DNA from: Pseudomonadota bacterium
GTDB taxonomy: Bacteria > UBA10199 > 2-02-FULL-44-16 > JAAZCA01
DNA length: 35,765 nucleotides
Direction of reading: 5' to 3'
Assembly (NCBI GenBank): GCA_043798915.1
Contig: JAZDOG010000084.1
Span: 1 to 35,765 of the forward strand
The notes beneath the pieces were generated by a model. The model made no database searches and was not told the origin of the DNA. It was given only the letters and a program-made list of their open reading frames with translations. Both the position numbers and the translations under genes were made by a program. The stretch's first letter is position 1; the number at the start of each line of letters is the position of its first letter. Positions 1 through 8,233 of the stretch are shown in pieces.

Positions 1-1
1 C

Positions 2-424
2 AAGGGGAGCGGCCGCGTGGGGCTCGCGCTCGTGCGCGGGTTCGGATTGAGGCGCGGCGCGCTGGCGTCGACTGTCTGCCACGACTCGCACAACCTGATC
101 GTCGTAGGCGCAAACGACCGCGACATGCTCTGCGCCGCAAAGGCGCTGATAAAGGCGGGGGGCGGATTCGCCGTGGCATCCGGGGGACGCATCCTCGACA
201 TGTTGAAACTACCCGTGGCAGGCCTCATGTCCGACCTGTCGGCGACTGAAGTCGCATCCACCTACGCGCATGTCACGAAAACGGCGCGCCGCCTGGGGGG
301 CAAACTCCCCGACCCATTCCTCCAGCTCTCATTCCTCTCTCTCTCCGTCATCCCCGAGCTCAAGCTGACAGACTTAGGGCTGGTCGACACCCTGCGCCAT
401 CGGTTTGTTTCATTGTTTATTTAG
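2..424 (+). CDS. ade: Adenine deaminase, C-terminal part (5' end outside the window)
   Basis: GALASTVCHDSHNLIVVG, LPVAGLMSD and PFLQLSFLSLSVIPELKLTDLGLVD match the adenine deaminase C-terminal domain. The frame is open from the window start. Confidence 0.9.
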   Translation, partial: KGSGRVGLALVRGFGLRRGALASTVCHDSHNLIVVGANDRDMLCAAKALIKAGGGFAVASGGRILDMLKLPVAGLMSDLSATEVASTYAHVTKTARRLGGKLPDPFLQLSFLSLSVIPELKLTDLGLVDTLRHRFVSLFI

Positions 425-431
425 CGGCATT

Positions 432-1484
432 TCACTTCATCCGATATTTACTCCCCTTGCGCTCTCCTTCCATCGCGATGACGCCCTTCTTCTGCAATCG
501 AGCGAGGATAGCCTTGAGCGTAGGACGGCCGATGCCGGAGCGACGTTCGATAAATCCGATCGTCGCAGGCTGATGAAGGCGGATGAGCTCCACCGTCTTT
601 TCTTCGAGGGCCGTGAGCTGGCCGCTCGCTTTAGTTTCAATCTTGTCTTTGAGCTGCCCCGTCTGGCGATCGAGCGCCTTGAGAAAAAAGATCAGCCATG
701 GGTTCAAGTCGGCAACGCCTCCGAGCGTCGCCTGCGTCTGGCGCAGGGCGATGTAGTAGGCGTCCTTGTTGTCCTCCACCACCTTCTCATGCGAGCTGTA
801 CATGCAGAACTCGTAGCCCTGCCTGAGGAGGCACAGGTTAGTGAGCACGCGAGAAAGCCGCCCGTTGCCGTCACGAAACGGATGGATCGCCAGGAATTTC
901 ACGACGAACGCGGCAATGACCTCCAGGTCGTCGTAGTTGGGGTCGCGAAGAAACTCGTTGTAGTCCTGAACAAGATCCCGCATCTCCATTTCCGTTCGCG
1001 TCCCGGGCGGTGTCGTTTCAAAGATGATCTCCTTCCGCCCGGTCGAGCCATCGATCCTCACAACAGAATTGGGGACATTTTTATAGGCACCGCGCTGGTG
1101 GAGAGGCAGGACATCCTCAGAGAGATAGGAGCACATCATCTGGTGCAGCGAGCGAACAGCGTGTTCGGTGATTTCGAGCTCCCTGAAGTGATCGAAGATG
1201 TGGCTCAGGCAATCGATGTATCCGGCAACTTCGGCCTCGTCCCGATCCTGGATCTTCTGGATCTTGAGCCCCTCGAGACGCGAGATGATCTCTTCGTCGG
1301 AGAGATGCGCCCCCTCGATTCGGGTCGAGGCGCCGGCAGAGGTGATAATCGTCGTCTTCTTGAGGCCGGCGTAGAAATCGCGATCGAGGGACTTCGAAAG
1401 CGTCCAGAGCTCCCTGAACGCGCCGATGGCCTTGATGCTCTTCAGCGCAACAGGATTGAGGCTGGTTTTAAGGAGATTCTTCAC
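432..1484 (-). CDS. Fic family protein with C-terminal winged HTH
   Basis: Fic motif HPFRDGNGRLSR, N-terminal STRIEG motif and a wHTH-like C-terminus. Start placed at GTG 1484 because the ORF-track extension to 1568 is an AT-rich repeat/promoter; start is uncertain. Confidence 0.9.
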   Translation of the reverse strand: MKNLLKTSLNPVALKSIKAIGAFRELWTLSKSLDRDFYAGLKKTTIITSAGASTRIEGAHLSDEEIISRLEGLKIQKIQDRDEAEVAGYIDCLSHIFDHFRELEITEHAVRSLHQMMCSYLSEDVLPLHQRGAYKNVPNSVVRIDGSTGRKEIIFETTPPGTRTEMEMRDLVQDYNEFLRDPNYDDLEVIAAFVVKFLAIHPFRDGNGRLSRVLTNLCLLRQGYEFCMYSSHEKVVEDNKDAYYIALRQTQATLGGVADLNPWLIFFLKALDRQTGQLKDKIETKASGQLTALEEKTVELIRLHQPATIGFIERRSGIGRPTLKAILARLQKKGVIAMEGERKGSKYRMK

Positions 1485-1562
1485 TATGCCATAAATTATA
1501 CCAAATAATATCCTATAAATCAACTGGTTTCCAAATATTATACCATATTTTATGCCATATAT
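1485..1562. repeat. AT-rich 12-bp imperfect tandem array (3 units, 6-bp spacer, 3 units)
   Basis: tatgccataaat / tataccaaataa / tatcctataaat / caactg / gtttccaaatat / tataccatattt / tatgccatatat. Confidence 0.8.
1495..1545 (-). promoter_or_regulatory. Two perfect extended -10 boxes (TGGTATAAT) for the Fic gene
   Basis: attatacca at 1495-1503 and 1537-1545, 42 bp apart. The proximal box is 10 nt from the GTG and there is no SD. Confidence 0.6.
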
Positions 1563-1571
1563 GGTCAAAAC

Positions 1572-1967
1572 TCACGGCATCGCGTTCATGGCCTTCTCGA
1601 CCGTCTTCGTGGCGAAGACGATCCAGGTGGTTCCCATGTTCCCGGCGGTCGAGTAGGCATATTCCGGATCGACGCCGGCCTTGGCCAGCTCCTGTGCGGT
1701 GTGGAAGAGAATCCCAGACTCGTTCGCCGTCTCGACGATGATCACCTCGCGCTCCGTGCAGGCGAAGCCGGCCTTCTCGAGGGCCTGCTTCACTTTTTCA
1801 TTGTCGGCGGTGACGAAGTGAAACTCCACATCCTTTCCGCGCTCGAATGTGCAGAATGCGCCTATGTTGACGCGGGCGTTGGCGATCGGAGCCGTGACGC
1901 TCGCGAGCGCACCGGGCTTGCCCTCCGTGACGATCCTGATGTCCTTCATATTGAAGATGCGAGCCAT
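1572..1967 (-). CDS. Tandem ACT-domain protein
   Basis: Two ACT-like repeats (KPGALASVTAPIANARVNI; NESGILFHTAQELAKAGVD). GGAGG SD before ATG 1967. Confidence 0.8.
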   Translation of the reverse strand: MARIFNMKDIRIVTEGKPGALASVTAPIANARVNIGAFCTFERGKDVEFHFVTADNEKVKQALEKAGFACTEREVIIVETANESGILFHTAQELAKAGVDPEYAYSTAGNMGTTWIVFATKTVEKAMNAMP

Positions 1968-1985
1968 TTGGCCTCCAATAGCGCT

Positions 1986-2073
1986 CCCTCCCTTTGTAAG
2001 GGAGGGATGGGGAGGGTAGACCATGGGTATTCGCACGATCTACCCCCTCTGACTCCCCCTTACAAAGGGGGAG
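1986..2073. repeat. REP-like inverted doublet, copy 1
   Basis: CCCTCCC-TTTGTAA-GGGAGGG...GGGTAGA, 18-nt spacer, then the inverted unit TCTACCC...CTCCCCC-TTACAAA-GGGGGAG. Homologous to 35520-35616. Confidence 0.85.
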
Positions 2074-3004
2074 GGAAGAGATTCAAGACGGCCGCTACGT
2101 CGCATGACACCGCGACCTCCTGCTTGTCAGCGCGGATCGATATCCCCTTGAGGATCCCTTCCAGCACAGGGTTTTCCTCATTCTGCAAGATGAGCAGAGA
2201 GCGCACGCCATCGAGGAACACCGCCAAGTCGTGGGCTTCCTTCTCCTCGCTCGGTATCCGAGCTACGATGTTTCTCCCGTCCGCGCTTTGAAAATCCACA
2301 CCCTGCGCCGGCACGAATCCCTGCGGCACGATGGCCCTGAGCCTGGGCCCGAAGACGAGCCTGCCGAAGATGACCGAATCGGCCGGACCGAAGGCCGCCG
2401 GGGCCGGGGCCGCGGCAGGTCCCTCGCCAAAAAGCGCCACGAGAGACGATTTCATGCCGACCGCCACGTGCTCGCGATCGAGGATGACGAAACCGAACGG
2501 GTCGCGCTCATCGCTCTCTGCATAGAGAGTTCTGTCCCCAAGTTTCTCGGATATGAATCCGGGGCGGTCGGAGGAAAGCGCCGCGCGTATGGCCGGTATC
2601 ATGACCTTCTCGTCGAAGGAACCCTGCGCAACAACGGCGACAGCCGGCGGAGTGCCAGCCTCGCCAAGACTTCCCACAAACATGAGCATGCCAACCAGGC
2701 TTCGCTTCTCCATCAGCGCCTCGACGAAGAATGCAACCGCACCGCCCTTTCCACCGACAGCCTTAGAGAGGCGATCGCTGATGGCCGGATCGGAGAACAT
2801 CCGCGTCACGTCCGCCACCACCTCGAACTCCGACTTGGGCGGCATCCATTTTGCGATCTTTGCAAACTTGGCGGCCGTCGGTGCGCCAGCGTCGTATGAA
2901 GGCGCGAGGAAGTGGTCGCTCGCGTCGCGGATGAGGAAGGCGAGCCCGACGGCGATCGCCGCGATCGCGGCGATCTTGGCAGCCATGACGATTTTTTTCT
3001 TCAT
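2060..3004 (-). CDS. Hypothetical membrane-anchored or exported protein
   Basis: MKKKIVMAAKIAAIAAIAVGLAFLI signal/anchor. ATGA overlap with the upstream phosphorylase stop supports start 3004. Confidence 0.7.
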   Translation of the reverse strand: MKKKIVMAAKIAAIAAIAVGLAFLIRDASDHFLAPSYDAGAPTAAKFAKIAKWMPPKSEFEVVADVTRMFSDPAISDRLSKAVGGKGGAVAFFVEALMEKRSLVGMLMFVGSLGEAGTPPAVAVVAQGSFDEKVMIPAIRAALSSDRPGFISEKLGDRTLYAESDERDPFGFVILDREHVAVGMKSSLVALFGEGPAAAPAPAAFGPADSVIFGRLVFGPRLRAIVPQGFVPAQGVDFQSADGRNIVARIPSEEKEAHDLAVFLDGVRSLLILQNEENPVLEGILKGISIRADKQEVAVSCDVAAVLNLFPPPL

Positions 3005-3750
3005 GAGGCGCCCCTTTCTATCCATTCCTCCACGAATGCCGCGATCGCGCCACGAGCCGCCGATGCAAAATACTGCAGCCGTGGCAGAGAGAGAATATCC
3101 CGGGGTTTCTTTATCATGTGCTCCGCGAGGGCCAGGCTGTCCGCCTCGCCCTCCTCGTTTATGACATCGCACATGTCCGGGAGCGCCACGTCCATCGGAT
3201 CGAGGACGGCGCGCACGACCAGATATCCGACGCCCTTCTCCTCGCACGCGGAGGCGAGGATCGAGCTCTCCATGTCGATGCCATGGGCCCCGTGCTCCGT
3301 CCCCACGAACGCCTTTTCGTGCGGCGAGGCTATCGCCTCGGCCACGGTCACGAGCGTCCCGATCCCCCCGCGGAGCGCCCTCTCCTTGCAGATACCCAGG
3401 GCCCTCTCCACGGACGCGCTGTCGGGTTTATAGCGGGCCTTGCTCGCCGCATCCACGACCTCGTCGGCGATGAGGAGGTCGCCGGCTTGGTAGTAAGGGT
3501 CCGCCCCGCCGCAATAGCCGACGTGCAGGCAGAAGTCGGGGCGGTAGCTCTCGAGACAGCGCCCGATGGCATGGCCCATCGCCTTGAGCCCGATGCCGCT
3601 GCGGACCAGCAGCAGCGGCTTTTTCAGGTATGTTCCCTCTTCGAAGAGCGCCGGGCGCAGATGCACACGCGAGTCGATGTCCATCTTCGACCGGATGATC
3701 CTCAGCTCTTCGTCGAGCGCCGCGACAACTGCCAGCGGGATTTGCTTCAT
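3001..3750 (-). CDS. hpnG: Nucleoside phosphorylase family protein, probably hopanoid-associated HpnG
   Basis: VVAALDEE, RSGIG, GYCGG, IDMES and VVRAVLD motifs of the PNP/MTA-SAH nucleosidase fold; directly downstream of hpnH. Confidence 0.7.
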   Translation of the reverse strand: MKQIPLAVVAALDEELRIIRSKMDIDSRVHLRPALFEEGTYLKKPLLLVRSGIGLKAMGHAIGRCLESYRPDFCLHVGYCGGADPYYQAGDLLIADEVVDAASKARYKPDSASVERALGICKERALRGGIGTLVTVAEAIASPHEKAFVGTEHGAHGIDMESSILASACEEKGVGYLVVRAVLDPMDVALPDMCDVINEEGEADSLALAEHMIKKPRDILSLPRLQYFASAARGAIAAFVEEWIERGAS

Positions 3751-3797
3751 CGTTTGGTTTTACGAGTGACGGAAAGGGAAGTCAATCTAGCTGTCAG

Positions 3798-4799
3798 CTA
3801 AAATAAGGTCCACCACGCCATCCTCAGCGCATCCTTTATGGATGACGTTGAAGTGAGTGCAACTGTCGGCTCGAAGCCGCAGTGGCACATGCAGTTGGCG
3901 CAGCGCTGATCTTTTCCCGGGCCGTATTTCTCCCAGTCGACCGCAGACATGAACTCGCCGAAGCTGACGTGGTGCGCGTCGGTCACGAGGTAACAGGGAG
4001 CCTTCCAGCCCTTGATGTTGTAGGTGACGTTCCCCCACGGCGTGCAGGGGAATTCCCTCCTGCCGGCGAGGAAATCGAGAAAAAGCGGCGTGCTCCATAT
4101 TTTGGGGCCCCGGCCGACTTTGCGCAGGGCCTTGAATTTCTCCACGATCGCATCGCGCCGCATGAAGACGGAGCGGTCCTCCACGTCGGTGTAGTCGAAT
4201 CCCGGAGAGAGGAGTATCCCGTCGATCTTCATGTCCCCCAGAAAATCGATGAGCGCCGCCACCTCGCCGGGGTCGGTCTGCTCATAGACCGTGGTGTTCG
4301 TGCAGACCGAGAAGCCGGAATCCTTTGCCGCCCTGATCCCCGCCACCGCGCGGTCGAACGCGCCCGGCCGCTCGACGATCGCGTCATGGGTCTTCGCAAG
4401 CCCGTCTATGTGGATGTTGATGTTGAAGAGCTTGTGGGGGTGAAACAGGTGCAGCTTCTTGTCCAGGACCTGTCCGTTCGTGCAAAGATAGACCACGCGC
4501 CCGCGCGCGAGGCACTCCTTCACGAGCTCGCGGATCTGGGGATAGAGGAGCGGCTCGCCGCCGCAGATCGAGACGACCGGCGCGCCGCAGTCATCGACTG
4601 CCTTGAGGCAATCCTCGAGCGAGAGCATCTCCGATATCCGGTCCTTGTATTCCCGTATGCGCCCGCACCCGGTGCAGCTCAAATTACAGGCGTGGAGCGG
4701 CTCGAGCATGAGGACGAGCGGAAAACGCTCCCTTCCGGCCTTCTTCTGCTGGCGGATGTAGCGATAGACAGCAGCGGTCTGGGCGAACGGAAAGCGCAA
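3798..4799 (-). CDS. hpnH: Adenosylhopane-forming radical SAM enzyme HpnH
   Basis: RFPLVLMLEPLHACNLSCTGCGRI (CxxxCxxC), CTPWGN...GWKAPCYL and YGPGKDQRCANCMCHCGFEP. TTG start with GGAGG SD. Confidence 0.92.
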   Translation of the reverse strand: MRFPFAQTAAVYRYIRQQKKAGRERFPLVLMLEPLHACNLSCTGCGRIREYKDRISEMLSLEDCLKAVDDCGAPVVSICGGEPLLYPQIRELVKECLARGRVVYLCTNGQVLDKKLHLFHPHKLFNINIHIDGLAKTHDAIVERPGAFDRAVAGIRAAKDSGFSVCTNTTVYEQTDPGEVAALIDFLGDMKIDGILLSPGFDYTDVEDRSVFMRRDAIVEKFKALRKVGRGPKIWSTPLFLDFLAGRREFPCTPWGNVTYNIKGWKAPCYLVTDAHHVSFGEFMSAVDWEKYGPGKDQRCANCMCHCGFEPTVALTSTSSIKDALRMAWWTLF

Positions 4800-4901
4800 C
4801 GGACACCTCCTTCAAAGCCGGCTGGGCCTAACACGCAGGGCCCCGGAAAGCAAGTCGCGCTATCCTGTTGATGTTTTGCAAATAGGTGATAAAAACTGCG
4901 C

Positions 4902-6197
4902 GTGTTGAGAAGGCCAAAATCATCCAGGGGTTTCGAGGATGCCAAGCGGCTGATGCCGGGGGGGGTCTCGTCCCCCGTCCGCGCATTCGGCGGCGTGGGC
5001 GGAATCCCGCCGTTCATCGCCCGCGCAGCGGGCTCCCACATCTGGGACATCGATGGCAACGATTACATAGACTACGTGGGCAGTTGGGGCCCGGCGATCC
5101 TGGGGCACGCGCACCCGAAGGTCATCTCCGCGCTCCGCGAGGCTATCGAGCTCGGCACGAGTTTCGGCGCCCCCACGGAGCTCGAGACGAGGCTTGCCGC
5201 GGCGATAGCGGGCGCTTTTCCCTCTATCGAGATGGTGAGATTTGTGAGTTCCGGAACCGAAGCGGCGATGAGCGCCATCAGGCTCGCCCGCGGCGCAACC
5301 GGCAGGCCGAAGATCGTCAAGTTCGAGGGCTGCTATCACGGCCACTCCGACAGCCTGCTCGTCAAGGCCGGCTCGGGCGCTGCGACGTTCGGGGTCCCCA
5401 CGTCGGCGGGGGTCACAGATGCGACCGCCTCCGACACGATCGTCGCGAAGTACAACGACATCGAGGGCGTCGCCAGTATCTTCGGCAAAGAGGGAAACAG
5501 GATCGCGGCCCTGATCGTGGAGCCGGTGGCCGGGAACATGGGCTGCGTCCCGCCCGCGAAGGGTTTTCTCGAAGCGCTCCGTGAGCTCACGAGGCAATCG
5601 GGCGCGCTCCTCATCTTCGACGAGGTGATGACGGGCTTCCGCGTCTCCTTCGGCAGCGCGCAGGGGCTCTACGGCTTGGAGGCAGACATCACCTGCCTCG
5701 GCAAGATCGTGGGAGGCGGCCTCCCCGTCGGCGCGTACGGCGGTCCGCGCGATCTCATGGAGAGGGTCTCACCGCTCGGGCCCGTCTATCAGGCCGGAAC
5801 GCTCTCGGGCAACCCGCTCGCGATGACGGCCGGAATAAAGACGATCGAGCTCCTCGCAGCGCCGGGGGTCTATGGGGCTATCGAGGAGAAGAGCGCGAAG
5901 CTCTGCGGAGGGATAAGCGTGGCGCTTGAAAAGAGCGACATCGTTCATCGCATCAACCGCGTGGGCTCCATGTGGAGCCTCTTCTTCACGGGCGAGGACG
6001 TTACCGACTTCCTCTCTGCATCGCTCTCAGACGGCGAGCGCTTCCGCCGGATGTTCCACTATCTCCTCGACAACGGCGTCTATCTGGCGCCCTCGCCATA
6101 CGAGTCGGCCTTTGTATCGCTCGCGCACACCGACTCGGACATCGGCCGGACGATCGAGCTCGTGGACATATGGGCCAGGGGAGAGACTAAACGATGA
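4902..6197 (+). CDS. hemL: Glutamate-1-semialdehyde 2,1-aminomutase
   Basis: [45 protein letters not shown] and [10 protein letters not shown]. Confidence 0.97.
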   Translation: MLRRPKSSRGFEDAKRLMPGGVSSPVRAFGGVGGIPPFIARAAGSHIWDIDGNDYIDYVGSWGPAILGHAHPKVISALREAIELGTSFGAPTELETRLAAAIAGAFPSIEMVRFVSSGTEAAMSAIRLARGATGRPKIVKFEGCYHGHSDSLLVKAGSGAATFGVPTSAGVTDATASDTIVAKYNDIEGVASIFGKEGNRIAALIVEPVAGNMGCVPPAKGFLEALRELTRQSGALLIFDEVMTGFRVSFGSAQGLYGLEADITCLGKIVGGGLPVGAYGGPRDLMERVSPLGPVYQAGTLSGNPLAMTAGIKTIELLAAPGVYGAIEEKSAKLCGGISVALEKSDIVHRINRVGSMWSLFFTGEDVTDFLSASLSDGERFRRMFHYLLDNGVYLAPSPYESAFVSLAHTDSDIGRTIELVDIWARGETKR

Positions 6198-6439
6198 CGG
6201 CACAAGGGCCGGAGGACAAGAGGGGAGAAAATTCGGCAGCCGCAGCATATGCGATATACGGCGCCGCTGGGGTCCAGCTCGCCGCGTCCGTAATCGCCGG
6301 CCTCGTCTTTGGCAATTATCTGGACAAAAAGTTGGGGACGCTTCCATGGATCACGATAGCGGGGTTGGCGCTCGGCTTCGCGGGCGGCCTGATAAACCTC
6401 GTGAGGATAGTCGGATGGTTCAACAAAGATCGCAAATAA
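6194..6439 (+). CDS. AtpZ/AtpI family (ATPase gene 1) protein
   Basis: Two TM helices around [13 protein letters not shown]; first gene of the F0 cluster. Confidence 0.85.
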   Translation: MTAQGPEDKRGENSAAAAYAIYGAAGVQLAASVIAGLVFGNYLDKKLGTLPWITIAGLALGFAGGLINLVRIVGWFNKDRK

Positions 6440-6795
6440 GTCCCGGCATGTTCGTGAGGCGCGCGCTGAGGATCGCGGCGGCCATTCTCGTCGCAACGCT
6501 CGTCGCATCCTGGGCATGGGGCTCCGCCCGCGCGTCGGTATCGCTCGCGTCCGGATTTGCCGTGGCGGCCGCGAGCTTCGCGGTCATAGCGCTGGTCGTC
6601 GTCAGGTCGCTCGGCGGAACGGGCGGCAAGGGATATCCTGTATTGATTGCCATACTGGGTATGGTCAAGATGGCGGTCATCGGCGCGGTCCTGTGGTGGC
6701 TCCTCTCGCGCGGGCACGTGGAGCCGATCTCCTTTCTGTGCGGGTTTTCGACCGTCGTCCTGGCTTTGATAGTTGAAGCGGTGAGGATGAAATGA
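6415..6795 (+). CDS. atpI: ATP synthase subunit I (4 TM)
   Basis: Hydrophobic ORF immediately before atpB. Start is 6415 or 6448. Confidence 0.75.
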   Translation: MVQQRSQISPGMFVRRALRIAAAILVATLVASWAWGSARASVSLASGFAVAAASFAVIALVVVRSLGGTGGKGYPVLIAILGMVKMAVIGAVLWWLLSRGHVEPISFLCGFSTVVLALIVEAVRMK

Positions 6796-6806
6796 AGGGA
6801 TAGGAG

Positions 6807-7523
6807 ATGGAACGGTTCAACATCCTGCGTTGGCTGGTCGAGAGGTTTGGACTCCCCAAATCATGGGCCGGGCCCTGCGAGCACATCGTCATGGCCATCT
6901 TCGCGCTCGTGATAATCCTTGCCGCCTCCCTGCTCGCCTGGAGAAAACTCCGCCACACCGAGGGCCGCCTGGTCCCGGAGGAGAGAGGATCGCTGGCAAA
7001 TATCTTCGAGGTCGTGGTCGAGGGGCTCCTGCGCATGTTGGAGGACGTGATGGGAAGCGCGGGGCGCAGGCACCTCCCGCTTATAGCCGCGCTCTTCGTC
7101 TACATCCTCGTCTGCAACCTCATGGGGGTGATCCCGGGGCTCACGCCCCCGACAGACAACATCAACACAAACCTCGCGTGTGCGCTCGTCGTCTTCGTCT
7201 ACTACAACGTCGCCGGCATCCGCGCGCAGGGCGTGAAAAAATATCTGAAACACATGGCCGGACCGATAATATGGCTCGCGCCGCTCATGTTCTCGATCGA
7301 ACTCATAAGCCACCTGGTCCGGCCGGTCTCGCTCTCCGTCCGTCTCTTCGGCAACATCACGGGGGACCACATGGTGCTCGGCATCTTCTCGCAGCTGACG
7401 CCGCTGCTCGTGCCGGTGATATTCCAGGCGCTGGCAATTTTTGTTGCGTTTATCCAGGCCTTCGTATTTACCTTGCTCTCCGTAGTCTACATCACGCTCG
7501 CATCGGGGGCAGAGGAACGCTAA
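6807..7523 (+). CDS. atpB: F0 ATP synthase subunit a
   Basis: RPVSLSVRLFGNI (essential Arg) and FIQAFVFTLLSVVYI. Confidence 0.97.
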   Translation: MERFNILRWLVERFGLPKSWAGPCEHIVMAIFALVIILAASLLAWRKLRHTEGRLVPEERGSLANIFEVVVEGLLRMLEDVMGSAGRRHLPLIAALFVYILVCNLMGVIPGLTPPTDNINTNLACALVVFVYYNVAGIRAQGVKKYLKHMAGPIIWLAPLMFSIELISHLVRPVSLSVRLFGNITGDHMVLGIFSQLTPLLVPVIFQALAIFVAFIQAFVFTLLSVVYITLASGAEER

Positions 7524-7550
7524 AACCAGCTATCAGTTAAGCGGAGGAAT

Positions 7551-7886
7551 ATGATGAGGAGAATATCAGCATGGATAGCGGGGCTGTTTTCGTTCCTTGC
7601 AGCCGCTACGGCGTTTGCGCAGGAACATGCGGCGGCCGCTGACGGCGGCAACGCATTCGGCCTTAAAACGGCACTCGCGCTGTCTGCAGGCCTCTGCATA
7701 GGCATCGCGAGCTTCGGCGGCGCGCTCGGCCAAGGCCGCGCTGCTTCAGCAGCGCTCGAGGGGATCGCGCGCAACCCCGAGGCAGCCAGCAAGGTGATGA
7801 CGCCGATGATCATCGCACTGGCGCTCATCGAATCACTGGTTATTTACTCGCTGGTCATCGCGTTTCTGCTGCAGGGGAAAATTTAA
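7551..7886 (+). CDS. atpE: F0 ATP synthase subunit c
   Basis: GALGQG...IARNPEA...[10 protein letters not shown], with a signal-like N-terminal extension. Confidence 0.97.
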   Translation: MMRRISAWIAGLFSFLAAATAFAQEHAAAADGGNAFGLKTALALSAGLCIGIASFGGALGQGRAASAALEGIARNPEAASKVMTPMIIALALIESLVIYSLVIAFLLQGKI

Positions 7887-8233
7887 GGCGTCTCCTCTAT
7901 CGGATTTCCTGACAGCTCGAGTATCCTGTCGAAATCGTCCTCGGCGTTCCCGTCGGCGAGGATGGCCTTCGCCTTTACCCTCGCAAAGCAGCGCTGGCAC
8001 TGGTGCAGGACCACGTAGGATTTTTTAGTGTGTGTGTAGATGCCGATGGGGCTCATCATCCCGCGGCACGGGTTGGCCCGGTCGCCGGGGTTTATATCCA
8101 CGTGCATGCACCAGAGGCAGAACGGGCAGTGGTTCCGCGGCGTGGCGCCGGATGTCGGCGGCACCTCCCTCCCGCACTTCCCGCACACAAACCCCTCGTT
8201 CACCACTCTGAATCTCTTTGTCTTTAGAGCCAT
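7883..8233 (-). CDS. RNHCP domain protein (putative Zn-binding)
   Basis: FVCGKCG...[29 protein letters not shown]...HQCQRC. Confidence 0.9.
   Translation of the reverse strand: MALKTKRFRVVNEGFVCGKCGREVPPTSGATPRNHCPFCLWCMHVDINPGDRANPCRGMMSPIGIYTHTKKSYVVLHQCQRCFARVKAKAILADGNAEDDFDRILELSGNPIEETP

Noticed and set aside
1485..2073. CRISPR array interpretation of the repeats
   Set aside because: The 12-bp units have no spacers, the doublets are inverted rather than direct repeats, and no cas genes are present.
2952..2977. 9-bp tandem repeats (also 27891-27912)
   Set aside because: They encode Ile-Ala-Ala or Ile-Gly-Ala repeats in TM helices; explained by low-complexity coding.
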